Shown here in pieces: positions 10,874 through 20,410 of a stretch of 64,000 nt of DNA. The position numbers and the translations under genes are program-made. The number at the start of each line of letters is the position of its first letter. Within the stretch, counting starts at the first letter, position 1. The DNA is from Bdellovibrionota bacterium (lineage in GTDB: Bacteria; Bdellovibrionota_C; UBA2361; CALJRW01). Below the pieces are notes generated by a model, which made no database searches, was not told the origin of the DNA, and saw nothing but the letters and a program-made list of their open reading frames with translations. The stretch is from assembly GCA_041740355.1 (NCBI GenBank), contig JBGSMD010000046.1, forward strand, positions 1-64,000, in the 5' to 3' direction.

Positions 10874-11908
10874 TTAAGAATTGCTAATTTTGCCTTGGTC
10901 GATTTTAAAGAGTGCGACTGGTATACTTAGGTATTGATCATCTTTTGCTTTTACAAGTCGCGAAGAAGTGTGTGCTCCTTGATAATCTGTTACAGATAGG
11001 ATTTTTGATATTAAATCTTTAGCTAAATCATTTTTAGTGGCTAAATTTAAGATTCTCCCAGCATCATACATGATTGCTACAGAGACAATGTGATGTTGAT
11101 CCGGTTGGATAGTAGTGTAGCGACTAATAAAATCAGTATTAAGATCTGAGGAGAAAAAATAAATTGTTTTCGGGTAAGTTTTAGTGGCTTCAAGATCGGC
11201 AGTAGCATCAATAAAGTTGCAAGCAAATATTTCTGCTTGGTAATTAAGTTGCTTAAGTTGTTTTATAAATATTCCATTATCGCCGGGGTTCAAACAAATT
11301 GCAAAGTTCTGAATTTCCTTTTTTTTGGCTGTAAGAATTAAAGCTTTGAAGTCTTGTTGAGTAGCGGGTAATTCCAGCAAAGATTTCTTTCCAAATTCAT
11401 AACGTTTCAGTAATTCCTTTCCCCAAAGCGAACTATAGTTGTGAGGATGTACTACAACTTGCAGAGAACCCTTTGCTTGATCATTTAAAATTTTAGCAGT
11501 AGTCAAAAACTCTTCATCAGGAGTTGTCCCTAATCGGATAACATAGGGGTTGTTTAGAAAAATCGCTTCCTTACTGGCCCAGATAAAAGTAGGAATCTTA
11601 AATTTTTTTGCTAAAGGTGCTATGGCAGTGCCTGTTACCGTATCACCCACAATCATAACTTGGACTTTATCTTGCTCAATTAGTTTGTGAAATGCAGCAA
11701 TTGTTTTTGCCGGTGCAAATTGATCATCTTCAAAAATATATTCGATTTCTTTCTCTTGATCAGCCATTTCTAGACCTTGCCGATAAGCATTTCCATATGT
11801 TGACCAAGGTCCGGAAAATCCAGCTATTACTCCCACCTTCAGCTTTTCAGCAAATGCGACATTCGTGATTAAATGAATTAATAATAGGAATAAAAGATTC
11901 TTTAACAT
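10874..11908 (-). CDS. LivJ/LivK-like periplasmic binding protein
   Basis: Signal peptide, LKVGVIAGFSG, FEDDQFAPAKTIAAFHKLI, DFKALIL. Confidence 0.85.
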   Translation of the reverse strand: MLKNLLFLLLIHLITNVAFAEKLKVGVIAGFSGPWSTYGNAYRQGLEMADQEKEIEYIFEDDQFAPAKTIAAFHKLIEQDKVQVMIVGDTVTGTAIAPLAKKFKIPTFIWASKEAIFLNNPYVIRLGTTPDEEFLTTAKILNDQAKGSLQVVVHPHNYSSLWGKELLKRYEFGKKSLLELPATQQDFKALILTAKKKEIQNFAICLNPGDNGIFIKQLKQLNYQAEIFACNFIDATADLEATKTYPKTIYFFSSDLNTDFISRYTTIQPDQHHIVSVAIMYDAGRILNLATKNDLAKDLISKILSVTDYQGAHTSSRLVKAKDDQYLSIPVALFKIDQGKISNS

Positions 11909-11913
11909 ATAAG

Positions 11914-12408
11914 TTACTTCATCAAACCAACATATTCAGCAAATAATTTACGTTCTAGTCTTCGCATGCGAGTTGCTTCTTGTTTGGAAACATTAACATG
12001 ATCGTACCCCATTAAATGTAATATCCCATGGATCGATAGTCGCAGGACTTCGAAATCTAGCGAATGCTGGTATTTTTTTGCTTGGATTTTAGCAGTATCT
12101 AGTGAAATTACTACATCTCCCAGTTGATTGTTATGTAAGAACCCCGGATCGATATTTCCCGGGACTTGAGATTCAAGCTGGGAAAAAGAGAGAACATCGG
12201 TTGGTTTATCCTTATTCCGATAACTGACATTTAGATAATGAACTTCATTGTCTGTTGTCAGTACAATCGAAACTGAATTAATTTGATTAGGTATATTCTT
12301 CCAATCCGAGTCGTTTAAGATTTTCGTGAGGATTTTCCGGAGTTGTGGTTTTTTCAGTTTGATCGTTGGGTGCTTTTTTTGCAGAGTCACCTTCCACTTC
12401 TTTGTCAC
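11914..12408 (-). CDS. ybeY: rRNA maturation endoribonuclease YbeY
   Basis: YRNKDKPTDVLSF, LGDVVISLD and HGILHLMGYDH zinc motif. The start is uncertain (GTG at 12408 chosen; the ORF is open to 12537). Confidence 0.9.
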   Translation of the reverse strand: MTKKWKVTLQKKHPTIKLKKPQLRKILTKILNDSDWKNIPNQINSVSIVLTTDNEVHYLNVSYRNKDKPTDVLSFSQLESQVPGNIDPGFLHNNQLGDVVISLDTAKIQAKKYQHSLDFEVLRLSIHGILHLMGYDHVNVSKQEATRMRRLERKLFAEYVGLMK

Positions 12409-13957
12409 GATGTTGGGTAATTTTTTCAGAGTTTCTTTTTTGCTTATTGTCTTCAAGACTTTTCTCGTTTTTATCATTTTTGCCTGGATGTTTATCATCG
12501 TGTTCATCGTATGAGATTCTTTGATGATAAATACCATTTAATGTTCTAGTAAAACAGCGGGCAACTTTATGTAGGTCACGAAGAGTTAAATCAGTCTCAT
12601 CTAATTGCCCACTGGCAAAGATTTTATTGATCATTTTTTGGACATGCATTTGAATTCGATCGACGGAAAACTCCGTTAAAGTCCGAGAAGAAGACTCGAT
12701 CACGTCAGCTAACATTAAAATACCAGCTTCTCGCGTCTGAGGTTTGGGCCCGGAGTAGCTATAGAGACTTCGATCGACTTCTGTTGATTCACCATGCTCC
12801 TCAGCATCTTTACAGGCTTTATTGTAAAAGTATTCAATCATACTAGTACCATGGTGTTGTTGAATTAAATCAATAATTGCTTGGGGCAGACGATGCTCTT
12901 TGGCCATCTCGACACCATCTTTAACGTGAGCTCTAATAATTAAGGAAGACATCGAGGGACTCAGACGATCATGCCGATTCTCATTACCTTTTTGGTTTTC
13001 CACAAAGTAAATTGGTTTTTTGGATTTACCAATATCATGAAAATAAGCACCAACGCGGGAAAGGACTTTGTTCGCTCCAACTTCGTCAGCGGCGGCTTCT
13101 ACCATCATTCCCACAACCATCGAGTGATTCCAAGTGCCTGGAGCTTGAATGCTTAACTCCTTAAGAAGTGGATGATCCAGGGTAGACATTTCAATTAGTC
13201 GCAAGTCAGTAACATATCCTCCAATTTGTTCTAATAGTGGCGTAAAGGCAGCAGCGATTGCTACAGCCAAGAGGCCGGAAACCATTGGTGATACAATTCT
13301 AAAAAATATTTCAGCAGCAGAAACAGAATCTTGGTGAATTACAGCAACGATACTAAAGGGAACAGCAATTATTCCTATTTTTAAGGCAGCTCGTAAATAT
13401 GTGGAACGAGACCTTAAATCTGACAAACTTAAACAGGCAATTAAATTTGTTAAAAGTACGTAGGGAATAATTAATGGATCATTTGGCAAGTAAAAACCGA
13501 CAATAATCGAAAAGCAAATTCCGAATACTAGTCCATAGTTTAAGCCTTTCACCGCAGCAATTAATAGTCCCCCAAAAGCAAAAGGAACTGCAAAACGCAT
13601 AGCTTGAGAAGTGACTCCAATAAGGCTTGGGAATTTAGAGGCAAAATATTCAGTAAAGGCTAGAGTAGTAATATTACCAAACCAAAATACAAAGACGGAA
13701 AAGATTAACATTCCATGAATTAGTAACAAGTCTTTGTATTGGGGACGAAAACGAACCATGCTTTGAATGGCATAGTATTGAATGACGGATAGCGAGATAA
13801 AAATAATTGCGACTCGACCAATCATTGATTCGAGTGAATTATTTCCGATAAATTTTTGAAAAAGGAACTCACCAAAAAGTGTTGTAAGCAGAGTTAAGAG
13901 TAATAACCCAGAATATCTTTTGATTTCAGCATTATCACTAAAGAGGTTGTTACTCAT
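12287..13957 (-). CDS. 7TM-HD (HDIG) phosphohydrolase, PgpH-like cyclic-di-AMP phosphodiesterase family
   Basis: TM region followed by APGTWNHS, YFHDIGK, QQHHGT and MLADVIES. Canonical phoH-HD-ybeY context. ATG at 13957 preferred because the TTG at 14029 lies inside a palindromic repeat. Confidence 0.88.
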   Translation of the reverse strand: MSNNLFSDNAEIKRYSGLLLLTLLTTLFGEFLFQKFIGNNSLESMIGRVAIIFISLSVIQYYAIQSMVRFRPQYKDLLLIHGMLIFSVFVFWFGNITTLAFTEYFASKFPSLIGVTSQAMRFAVPFAFGGLLIAAVKGLNYGLVFGICFSIIVGFYLPNDPLIIPYVLLTNLIACLSLSDLRSRSTYLRAALKIGIIAVPFSIVAVIHQDSVSAAEIFFRIVSPMVSGLLAVAIAAAFTPLLEQIGGYVTDLRLIEMSTLDHPLLKELSIQAPGTWNHSMVVGMMVEAAADEVGANKVLSRVGAYFHDIGKSKKPIYFVENQKGNENRHDRLSPSMSSLIIRAHVKDGVEMAKEHRLPQAIIDLIQQHHGTSMIEYFYNKACKDAEEHGESTEVDRSLYSYSGPKPQTREAGILMLADVIESSSRTLTEFSVDRIQMHVQKMINKIFASGQLDETDLTLRDLHKVARCFTRTLNGIYHQRISYDEHDDKHPGKNDKNEKSLEDNKQKRNSEKITQHRDKEVEGDSAKKAPNDQTEKTTTPENPHENLKRLGLEEYT

Positions 13958-13984
13958 TAAGTTTAGGGGATTAAGATAAATTGC

Positions 13985-14058
13985 ATTCTCCCCTTTTGGA
14001 ACGCCTGTCTCGGAGACTATTAATTGCAACTATGCCGTGCGTTTCAAAAGGGGAGAAT
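13985..14058. repeat. Palindromic element, family C (TTCTCCCCTTTTGG arms), copy 1
   Basis: ATTCTCCCCTTTTGGAACGC ... GCGTTTCAAAAGGGGAGAAT inverted arms, with the same terminal motif as 35803-35870. Confidence 0.75.
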
Positions 14059-15047
14059 TATACGTTATAACTATTATAGGCTCTAATAATTTCTGCAACA
14101 AGCTTATGTCTAATTACATCCGTTTCATCAAAATGAATAATTTTCATTCCGGAACAATCTTTTAGCACATGGAGTGCCTGCTTTAAACCTGATTCTTCAT
14201 GCCTTGGAAGGTCAATTTGCGTAACATCTCCTGTTACTAGACACTTAGAGCCTTGTCCCAGTCGTGTAAGAAACATTTTCATCTGACCACAGCTAGTATT
14301 TTGAGCTTCATCAAGGATGACAACTGCATTACTTAAGGTTCGTCCCCGCATAAAGGCAAGAGGAGCTACTTCGATTGCGCCTTTTTCGATTAATTCATTG
14401 CCTTGTTCCACTCCTACTAAATCGTAAAGCGCATCGTATAGAGGACGAAGGTAGGGATTGACCTTCTCTGTTAAATCCCCCGGTAAGAAACCTAATTTCT
14501 CACCTGCTTCCACCGCTGGTCTCGTTAAAATTATTCGCTTCACTTCTTTGTTTAGTAAAGCTGAAACTGCCATGGCCATCGCTAAATAAGTCTTTCCTGT
14601 TCCTGCTGGTCCGATACCAAAGACAAGATCATATTGTCGGAGCGCTTCTAAGTATTGTTTTTGATTCACGGTTTTTGGAAATACGCTTTTATTTCGCCCA
14701 TTAATATGGATTTTGTCCTCCATTAAGTTAGATAGTTGAGCATTACGATCGGAAGAAAGGATTTTAATTGCTCTTTTTAGATCTCCTTCTGAGAAATGCT
14801 GATCATTATCTAAAACACTTGTCAGTTGTGTAAAAAGATCGGCAGCTAAATCTACAGAACTGCCTTGCCCCAGAATAGTAATTCCATAAGAGGTACTTGT
14901 AAGTTTAAGATCTAATAGTTTTTCTGCTGTTTTTAAAAGGGCATCTTGATTAGCACTGAGGATTTTTAAGTGATCGTTATTTAAATTAACAAAAACTTCT
15001 TTTTTTGTTTCAGTGATATTTTTAATCGACTTATCTTTATCTGACAT
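14058..15047 (-). CDS. phoH: PhoH family ATPase
   Basis: GPAGTGKTYLA, RPAVEAGEKLGFLPG, PLAFMRGRT, LDEAQN, TGDVTQIDLP. Confidence 0.95.
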   Translation of the reverse strand: MSDKDKSIKNITETKKEVFVNLNNDHLKILSANQDALLKTAEKLLDLKLTSTSYGITILGQGSSVDLAADLFTQLTSVLDNDQHFSEGDLKRAIKILSSDRNAQLSNLMEDKIHINGRNKSVFPKTVNQKQYLEALRQYDLVFGIGPAGTGKTYLAMAMAVSALLNKEVKRIILTRPAVEAGEKLGFLPGDLTEKVNPYLRPLYDALYDLVGVEQGNELIEKGAIEVAPLAFMRGRTLSNAVVILDEAQNTSCGQMKMFLTRLGQGSKCLVTGDVTQIDLPRHEESGLKQALHVLKDCSGMKIIHFDETDVIRHKLVAEIIRAYNSYNV

Positions 15048-15251
15048 TCATTATCCAAATATTGTAACTACAAACAGCATGCTGTTATTAGTTACGTTCC
15101 ATACATGTTATAGAATTATAACCTTTAATTATTGAAAATTAAAGATTTCTAACATGAGGAGTTAAAAGCTAGAACTAAAACTTAAATTTTAGTAAACTAA
15201 GTAGCAAGATATACTAAAACTTAGCTAGGTTTTAGTGAGCCTTTGCTTAGA

Positions 15252-15280
15252 TTATCGACCATTTCAACAACGACCTTTAG
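15252..15280 (-). promoter_or_regulatory. Putative sigma28 (FliA/SigD)-type promoter facing the phoH operon
   Basis: The minus strand reads CTAAA-N16-GTCGATAA, against the consensus (C)TAAA-N15/16-GCCGATAA. Confidence 0.4.
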
Positions 15281-15380
15281 TTCTAGTTTGGTAATTCGTT
15301 GTCTTTGGTGGAGGCTAAGTAGTATAACAAGAAAACTTAGCGGGGTCATCTTACTATTTTTATGATAAGCTCAATTTAGA

Positions 15381-16313
15381 ATGAAATCAAAATTATCCTT
15401 TTTCCTAAACTTTGTATGTTTGCTTTTGGCTATTTCATCAGAGTCCTTGGCCGAAAAGCCACTTCGTTTTATTGCATTGGGTGATTGGGGGGTAAAAGGT
15501 GGCGGCTTACAAAATGAAGTCGCAAATTCCATGTCGCAGTATGCGCTAGCAAAGCCCATGAAATTCATTTTAACTGTGGGAGATAATTTTTATAGCTCAG
15601 GGGTTACCTCAATCGAAGATAGCCACTGGCAGAGATCTTGGTTAGATATTTATAGCCTACCAGGCTTGGCTAATCTAAATTGGTATGTATCTCTGGGTAA
15701 TCATGACTATGGTGGAAGTGTGCAAGCCGCGATTGATTATTCTAGTATTAATTCACAGTGGAGGTTGCCTCGGCGTTATTATAAGAAGCAGTTTCGCACC
15801 AAAAATCTAGTGGCTGATATCTTTTTTATTGATACCAGTCCTTTTATTACAAGCTATTATAACAATACTTCGATGCCAGAAATTGCCATTGAGAAGACAA
15901 AACTTAATATTCAAAAGAGCTGGCTTAGAAGAAAAATGAATAAATCTCAAGCAGATTGGAAGATTGTTGTCGGACATCATCCTTTCTATAGTTCTACTCC
16001 TGCTAGAGAAAGTGAAAGAAATGATTTATCTTCGAGTTTACTTCGTCTTTTTCAGCGACAGCAGCCAGATTTGTATCTTTCAGGACACGATCATGACTTG
16101 CAGCTGATTAAGCACCCAGAACTTAAAACCTTTCAAGTAATTTCTGGTGGCGGCTCAAATGCTCGGCCGGGAGTAACTACTGAAAATCACATATTTCATG
16201 AGCCCGTTGCAGGTTTTGCTGCTTTTGAGTTAAGAAAAGAAAATTTTAAAATTGAATTTATTGATCAGAACTCTACGGTGCTTTTTAGTAAATCTTATCG
16301 CAATAAAAAATAA
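15381..16313 (+). CDS. Secreted metallophosphoesterase (purple acid / TRAP5-like phosphatase)
   Basis: Signal peptide plus GDWG, GDNFY, GNHDY, VGHHP and GHDH motifs. Confidence 0.92.
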   Translation: MKSKLSFFLNFVCLLLAISSESLAEKPLRFIALGDWGVKGGGLQNEVANSMSQYALAKPMKFILTVGDNFYSSGVTSIEDSHWQRSWLDIYSLPGLANLNWYVSLGNHDYGGSVQAAIDYSSINSQWRLPRRYYKKQFRTKNLVADIFFIDTSPFITSYYNNTSMPEIAIEKTKLNIQKSWLRRKMNKSQADWKIVVGHHPFYSSTPARESERNDLSSSLLRLFQRQQPDLYLSGHDHDLQLIKHPELKTFQVISGGGSNARPGVTTENHIFHEPVAGFAAFELRKENFKIEFIDQNSTVLFSKSYRNKK

Positions 16314-16388
16314 TATATGTTAAAAGATTTATTAGTTCTTAATTCAGCATTCAAAGCTAAGTTTTTATTTTAAATTATACTATTAAGC

Positions 16389-16883
16389 ATGACTCGTTCC
16401 ACAACATTTCAAACTAAACCATTAACACTTCTTGGTCAGGAACTTAAGGTTGGGCAAAAAATGCCAAATTTTAAAGTGACTGCTAATGACATGTCTGATT
16501 TAACTAATCAGGATTTTGTCGGAAAAAAATTAATCATTGTTTCAGTTCCCAGTTTGGATACTTCTGTTTGCTCTAAAGAATCTAAGAAGTTTAACGATCA
16601 GGCTGCTTCCTTTGGGGAGAACGTAACGGTATTAGTAATTAGTCGTGATTTACCTTTTGCTCAAAAGCGTTGGTGCGGAGCTGAGGGAGTTGAAAATATT
16701 AAAACAGTTAGCGATTATAAATATCGAACTTTTGCTGAGAGTTTTGGCGTTTTGATTGAGGATTGGCAGTTGTTGTCTCGAGCCATCTTTGTTGTTGATC
16801 AAGCTGGGCTGATTGAATATGTTGAGTATGTTTCCGAAATTGCAGAAGAGCCAGATTACCAAGCAGTTTGGAAAGTTATTTAA
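16389..16883 (+). CDS. tpx: Thiol peroxidase (atypical 2-Cys peroxiredoxin)
   Basis: VPSLDTSVC, ISRDLPFAQKRWCGAEG, EIAEEPDY. Confidence 0.93.
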   Translation: MTRSTTFQTKPLTLLGQELKVGQKMPNFKVTANDMSDLTNQDFVGKKLIIVSVPSLDTSVCSKESKKFNDQAASFGENVTVLVISRDLPFAQKRWCGAEGVENIKTVSDYKYRTFAESFGVLIEDWQLLSRAIFVVDQAGLIEYVEYVSEIAEEPDYQAVWKVI

Positions 16884-17076
16884 TTAGTCGTTAATAATAC
16901 CTGTATTGCCTAGTTCTACTCGTTCGAATACATTCTCATAATCTACAAGGTAGCATGACCATTTCTCGTTAGTAAGTCATTTATACTAAATCCATATAGT
17001 ATTTACGTTTGGAATTACTTTATGGGGCCTACTATTATCCCCCGGAGGAATCACTATATATTCTTTTAAAACTCTA

Positions 17077-19128
17077 ATGCCTACTAATCCTAAATTTAAA
17101 CTTGCACTGGAACTTTTATTAGCTTCTTTTCTAGTTCTCTTTCAAGAATTAACATTAATTCGCTGGCTTGGTTCACAAATCAGAGTTTTGGCATACTTCC
17201 CAAACTTAATCTTAATTGCAGCATTTTTGGGTTTAGGTATCGGGTGTTTAAGAGCTGGAAGGAAGTCACTGTGGATGCTCTGGCCAGTAAGTTTAGTAAT
17301 AATTACTATTTTTACTTATTTCTGTAGCAAGATTGTATTTACACATCAGCAAGCTTCAGAGCATCTTTGGTTACTATACTATGATGCTAGTCCCGATGCG
17401 CTTGTAATTAATAACATTTATTTACCAATTATTTTATTCTTCATTCTTTCAAGTATTTCGTTTGTTAGTCTGGGACAATTTGTAGCAGAGCGTTTGGAAT
17501 CTTTTAGAAAGATATCTAATGTTCTAGTCGGATATACTTGGGATATTTTCGGTTCGATTCTCGGTATTATTAGTTTCTCTATTGTTAACTATTTGGGGCT
17601 GTTTCCAGTTTATTGGTTCTCGATCTTTTTAACCCTTGGTTTAATACTTTTTCTCCATTGTCCCAAAAAGCAAATCGTTTTTTATCTAATCTCAGCATTA
17701 ATAGTGATTTCCACTGTCCAGCTATCTGAGAAAGCTAAGGTGTATACGCCGTATTACGCATTGAATTATGAGGAGAAGTCTCCAAATTCATTTTGGGTGA
17801 TGACCAATGGTTCTTTTCATCAACATGCCTTAAATGTTCATGCGGGAGATCCGGAAGTAATCAGTGATGAACAATTGGTGGCTCTTGGTTATAATACTCC
17901 TTATCGACAGTATCTTCAGAAGAATCCGGAGAAGGTTTTAATTCTGGGCGCTGGGACAGGGAATGATGTTGCTACGGCTTTATACAATGGCGCTAAGCAG
18001 ATTGATGTTGTGGAGATAGATCCAGAAATAATTAAACTGGGACAGAAATATCATCCTAATAAACCTTATGCCTCTGGCCAAGTCCGGATTTTTAATCAAG
18101 ACGCAAGATCCTACCTTAGTAATACAAATGAAAAATATGATTTGATTGTCTTTGGAACACTTGATTCCATGACAACATTATCAGCTTTGTCTAATATTCG
18201 TTTAGATAATTTTGTTTATACTAAAGAATCAATTAGCGCGGCAAAAAATGCCTTAACTCCCGATGGCGGAGTAATGTTACTTTTTATGGTCGGAAATCGC
18301 TATATCGAAGAAAGACTTTCATTTATGTTATCGGAGGTCTTTCAGCAAGTTCCAGTAATCTATGAGAGAAATCATTTAATGTTCAGCCATGTTTATATGG
18401 CTGGAAATGCTTTTCAACACATCGAATCTGAAAAACGCATATTAGAGTACCAAAAGCTACCAAAGCCCTTAGATCGACAGCTAAAACTCTCTACGGATGA
18501 CTGGCCATATTTGTATTTAAAAAGTCCCTCACTTAGTAAATTCTATCTACTAATTATGGGAGTCATTGGCTTACTGGCAATTGTTTCAGTTTTTATTTCT
18601 TCACCCACAAGATTAAAAAGCAGTCGAAACAATCTAATTATGTTTTGTTTCGGTTTATCCTTTTTATTAATCGAGACTAAATCAATAATATCCATGAATC
18701 TTGTTTGGGGGGCAACTTGGCTAACTAGTGCTGTAGTTTTTGGATCAATTCTTTTTATGGTTTTAATGGCTACAATCATAAGCCAGATCCATCAAATTAA
18801 ATTTCCAGTTGCATTTGCGGGATTAGTTATCTCGATAGTTACCATGTATTTGATTCCTATTTCTAGTATTATCGGACTTAATTTATTTTCAACGCTAATT
18901 TTCTCCATTCTGTTAATTGGATTACCAATCTTTTTTGCCGCGATATGTTTTGCCTTGCTCTTTAACAGTAGTGAATCTGCCGGGGAAAGTTTTGGTTGGA
19001 ATATTTTAGGTGCTGTTGCAGGAGGATTGCTAGAATTTATGTCGATGGTTACTGGACTGAAAGCTTTGCTATTGATAGCACTGATGTTTTATTTAATTGC
19101 CCTAATGATCTATGTTCGGCGAAATTAA
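17077..19128 (+). CDS. Membrane-embedded spermidine-synthase-like / class I SAM-binding protein, paralog 1
   Basis: N- and C-terminal TM bundles flank a Rossmann domain (VLILGAGTGND, VEIDP, DARSYL, YDLIVF) and TDDWPYLY. Confidence 0.8.
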   Translation: MPTNPKFKLALELLLASFLVLFQELTLIRWLGSQIRVLAYFPNLILIAAFLGLGIGCLRAGRKSLWMLWPVSLVIITIFTYFCSKIVFTHQQASEHLWLLYYDASPDALVINNIYLPIILFFILSSISFVSLGQFVAERLESFRKISNVLVGYTWDIFGSILGIISFSIVNYLGLFPVYWFSIFLTLGLILFLHCPKKQIVFYLISALIVISTVQLSEKAKVYTPYYALNYEEKSPNSFWVMTNGSFHQHALNVHAGDPEVISDEQLVALGYNTPYRQYLQKNPEKVLILGAGTGNDVATALYNGAKQIDVVEIDPEIIKLGQKYHPNKPYASGQVRIFNQDARSYLSNTNEKYDLIVFGTLDSMTTLSALSNIRLDNFVYTKESISAAKNALTPDGGVMLLFMVGNRYIEERLSFMLSEVFQQVPVIYERNHLMFSHVYMAGNAFQHIESEKRILEYQKLPKPLDRQLKLSTDDWPYLYLKSPSLSKFYLLIMGVIGLLAIVSVFISSPTRLKSSRNNLIMFCFGLSFLLIETKSIISMNLVWGATWLTSAVVFGSILFMVLMATIISQIHQIKFPVAFAGLVISIVTMYLIPISSIIGLNLFSTLIFSILLIGLPIFFAAICFALLFNSSESAGESFGWNILGAVAGGLLEFMSMVTGLKALLLIALMFYLIALMIYVRRN

Positions 19129-20372
19129 ACCAGTCTCTTGGAAACCTGTTTGGAATTTGTAAATTTTACCAATAAATTCAAAGCGGAATAAGTAGCAAAC
19201 CGCCTGACTTGTTCTCTGGTGCCTGAGTAAAATATTTCTTTGGTAAATGACTGTTGATTGTCGGCATAGCCTAGAAAAACTGTACCAACAGGTTTCTGAT
19301 CAGTGCCCCCTGTGGGTCCTGAAATTCCCGTAACGGAGATGGCAACGTCGGCACTTAATCTTTCCTTAACACCTAAGGCCATTTCTAAAGCACACTCGGC
19401 ACTCACTGCTCCAAATTTCTCGAGCGTAGTTTTCTTAACTCCAAGAACCTTTTCTTTGGCTGAGTCATGATAAGTAACAAGTGAGCCTAAAAAATAACTA
19501 GAACTACCACTTAGATCGGTGAGAGTTTTTCCAATCAAACCTCCAGTACAAGATTCGGCAATGGCTAGTTTTAATTTAGACTTAATTAGTCCTTGATGAA
19601 CTACATCGGGCAAGCCAATTTGATCTCGGGCCACTAAAAATTCTGCCGCTGGTAATTTTAATATTTGCTCAGTGGCACTAAGTAATGCTTTAAGGTTTGT
19701 TGATTTTAAAATTACTTTATTTTCAGGAAACGTCGTCTCGTAAATGACTTCAATTTCATCTGGTAAATTTAAAGTACTAATTTGGTCGTTAAGTGCTGAC
19801 TCCGGAATATTAAAAAATACAAATCTTTCTTGTTCCGTTCTCGGCGGAGAAAATAATTGAGTAATTAAGGGCAACACTTCTTCATGAAAAATTCCTTTTA
19901 ATTCAGAGGGAACTCCTGGTAAAGAAATCAGATGGCGAGTTCCATCTTTAACCAAAAAGGAAGGCGCTGTTCCAAAGTTGTTTCTAATAATTTGTGAGCC
20001 AATTGGAAAAGTTGCCTGTTTCACATTTGATTCCGGAAATTCTTTGCCACGATCTAAATAGCGCTTTTTAAGCTTTGTTAATTCAGTTTGATCGATGGCT
20101 ACGCCAGTCCTAAAAAAATCGGCGACTGCTTCGCGGGTTAAATCATCAGAGGTAGGCCCTAAGCCACCGCTAGTAATTACCAGGGCGCAGCCACTTTGGA
20201 AGACAAATTCTAATGCGTCTATAATGTTGGAAATGTTGTCAGCGCAGGTCATGATGTTGACTACTGAGAAAGAATTACGACTTAATTCTTTAGCCAGAAA
20301 ATTAACATTGGTATCAAGGGTGCGACCATCAAGTAGTTCCGATCCAATAGTTAACAAGGCAACTTTAATCAT
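19125..20372 (-). CDS. cinA: CinA family protein (MoCF-like domain plus NMN deamidase PncC)
   Basis: IGSELLDG, SGGLGPTSDDLT, LPGVPSE, AESCTGG, GAVSAECALEMA. Confidence 0.93.
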   Translation of the reverse strand: MIKVALLTIGSELLDGRTLDTNVNFLAKELSRNSFSVVNIMTCADNISNIIDALEFVFQSGCALVITSGGLGPTSDDLTREAVADFFRTGVAIDQTELTKLKKRYLDRGKEFPESNVKQATFPIGSQIIRNNFGTAPSFLVKDGTRHLISLPGVPSELKGIFHEEVLPLITQLFSPPRTEQERFVFFNIPESALNDQISTLNLPDEIEVIYETTFPENKVILKSTNLKALLSATEQILKLPAAEFLVARDQIGLPDVVHQGLIKSKLKLAIAESCTGGLIGKTLTDLSGSSSYFLGSLVTYHDSAKEKVLGVKKTTLEKFGAVSAECALEMALGVKERLSADVAISVTGISGPTGGTDQKPVGTVFLGYADNQQSFTKEIFYSGTREQVRRFATYSALNLLVKFTNSKQVSKRLV

Positions 20373-20410
20373 GACTGTAATTTTCTAAAGGATTATTCTC
20401 TACGCTAAGT

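Noticed and set aside
12409-12537. Long Lys-rich N-terminal extension of YbeY
   Set aside because: It is the alternate-frame reading of the HD protein's low-complexity tail and is probably not translated.
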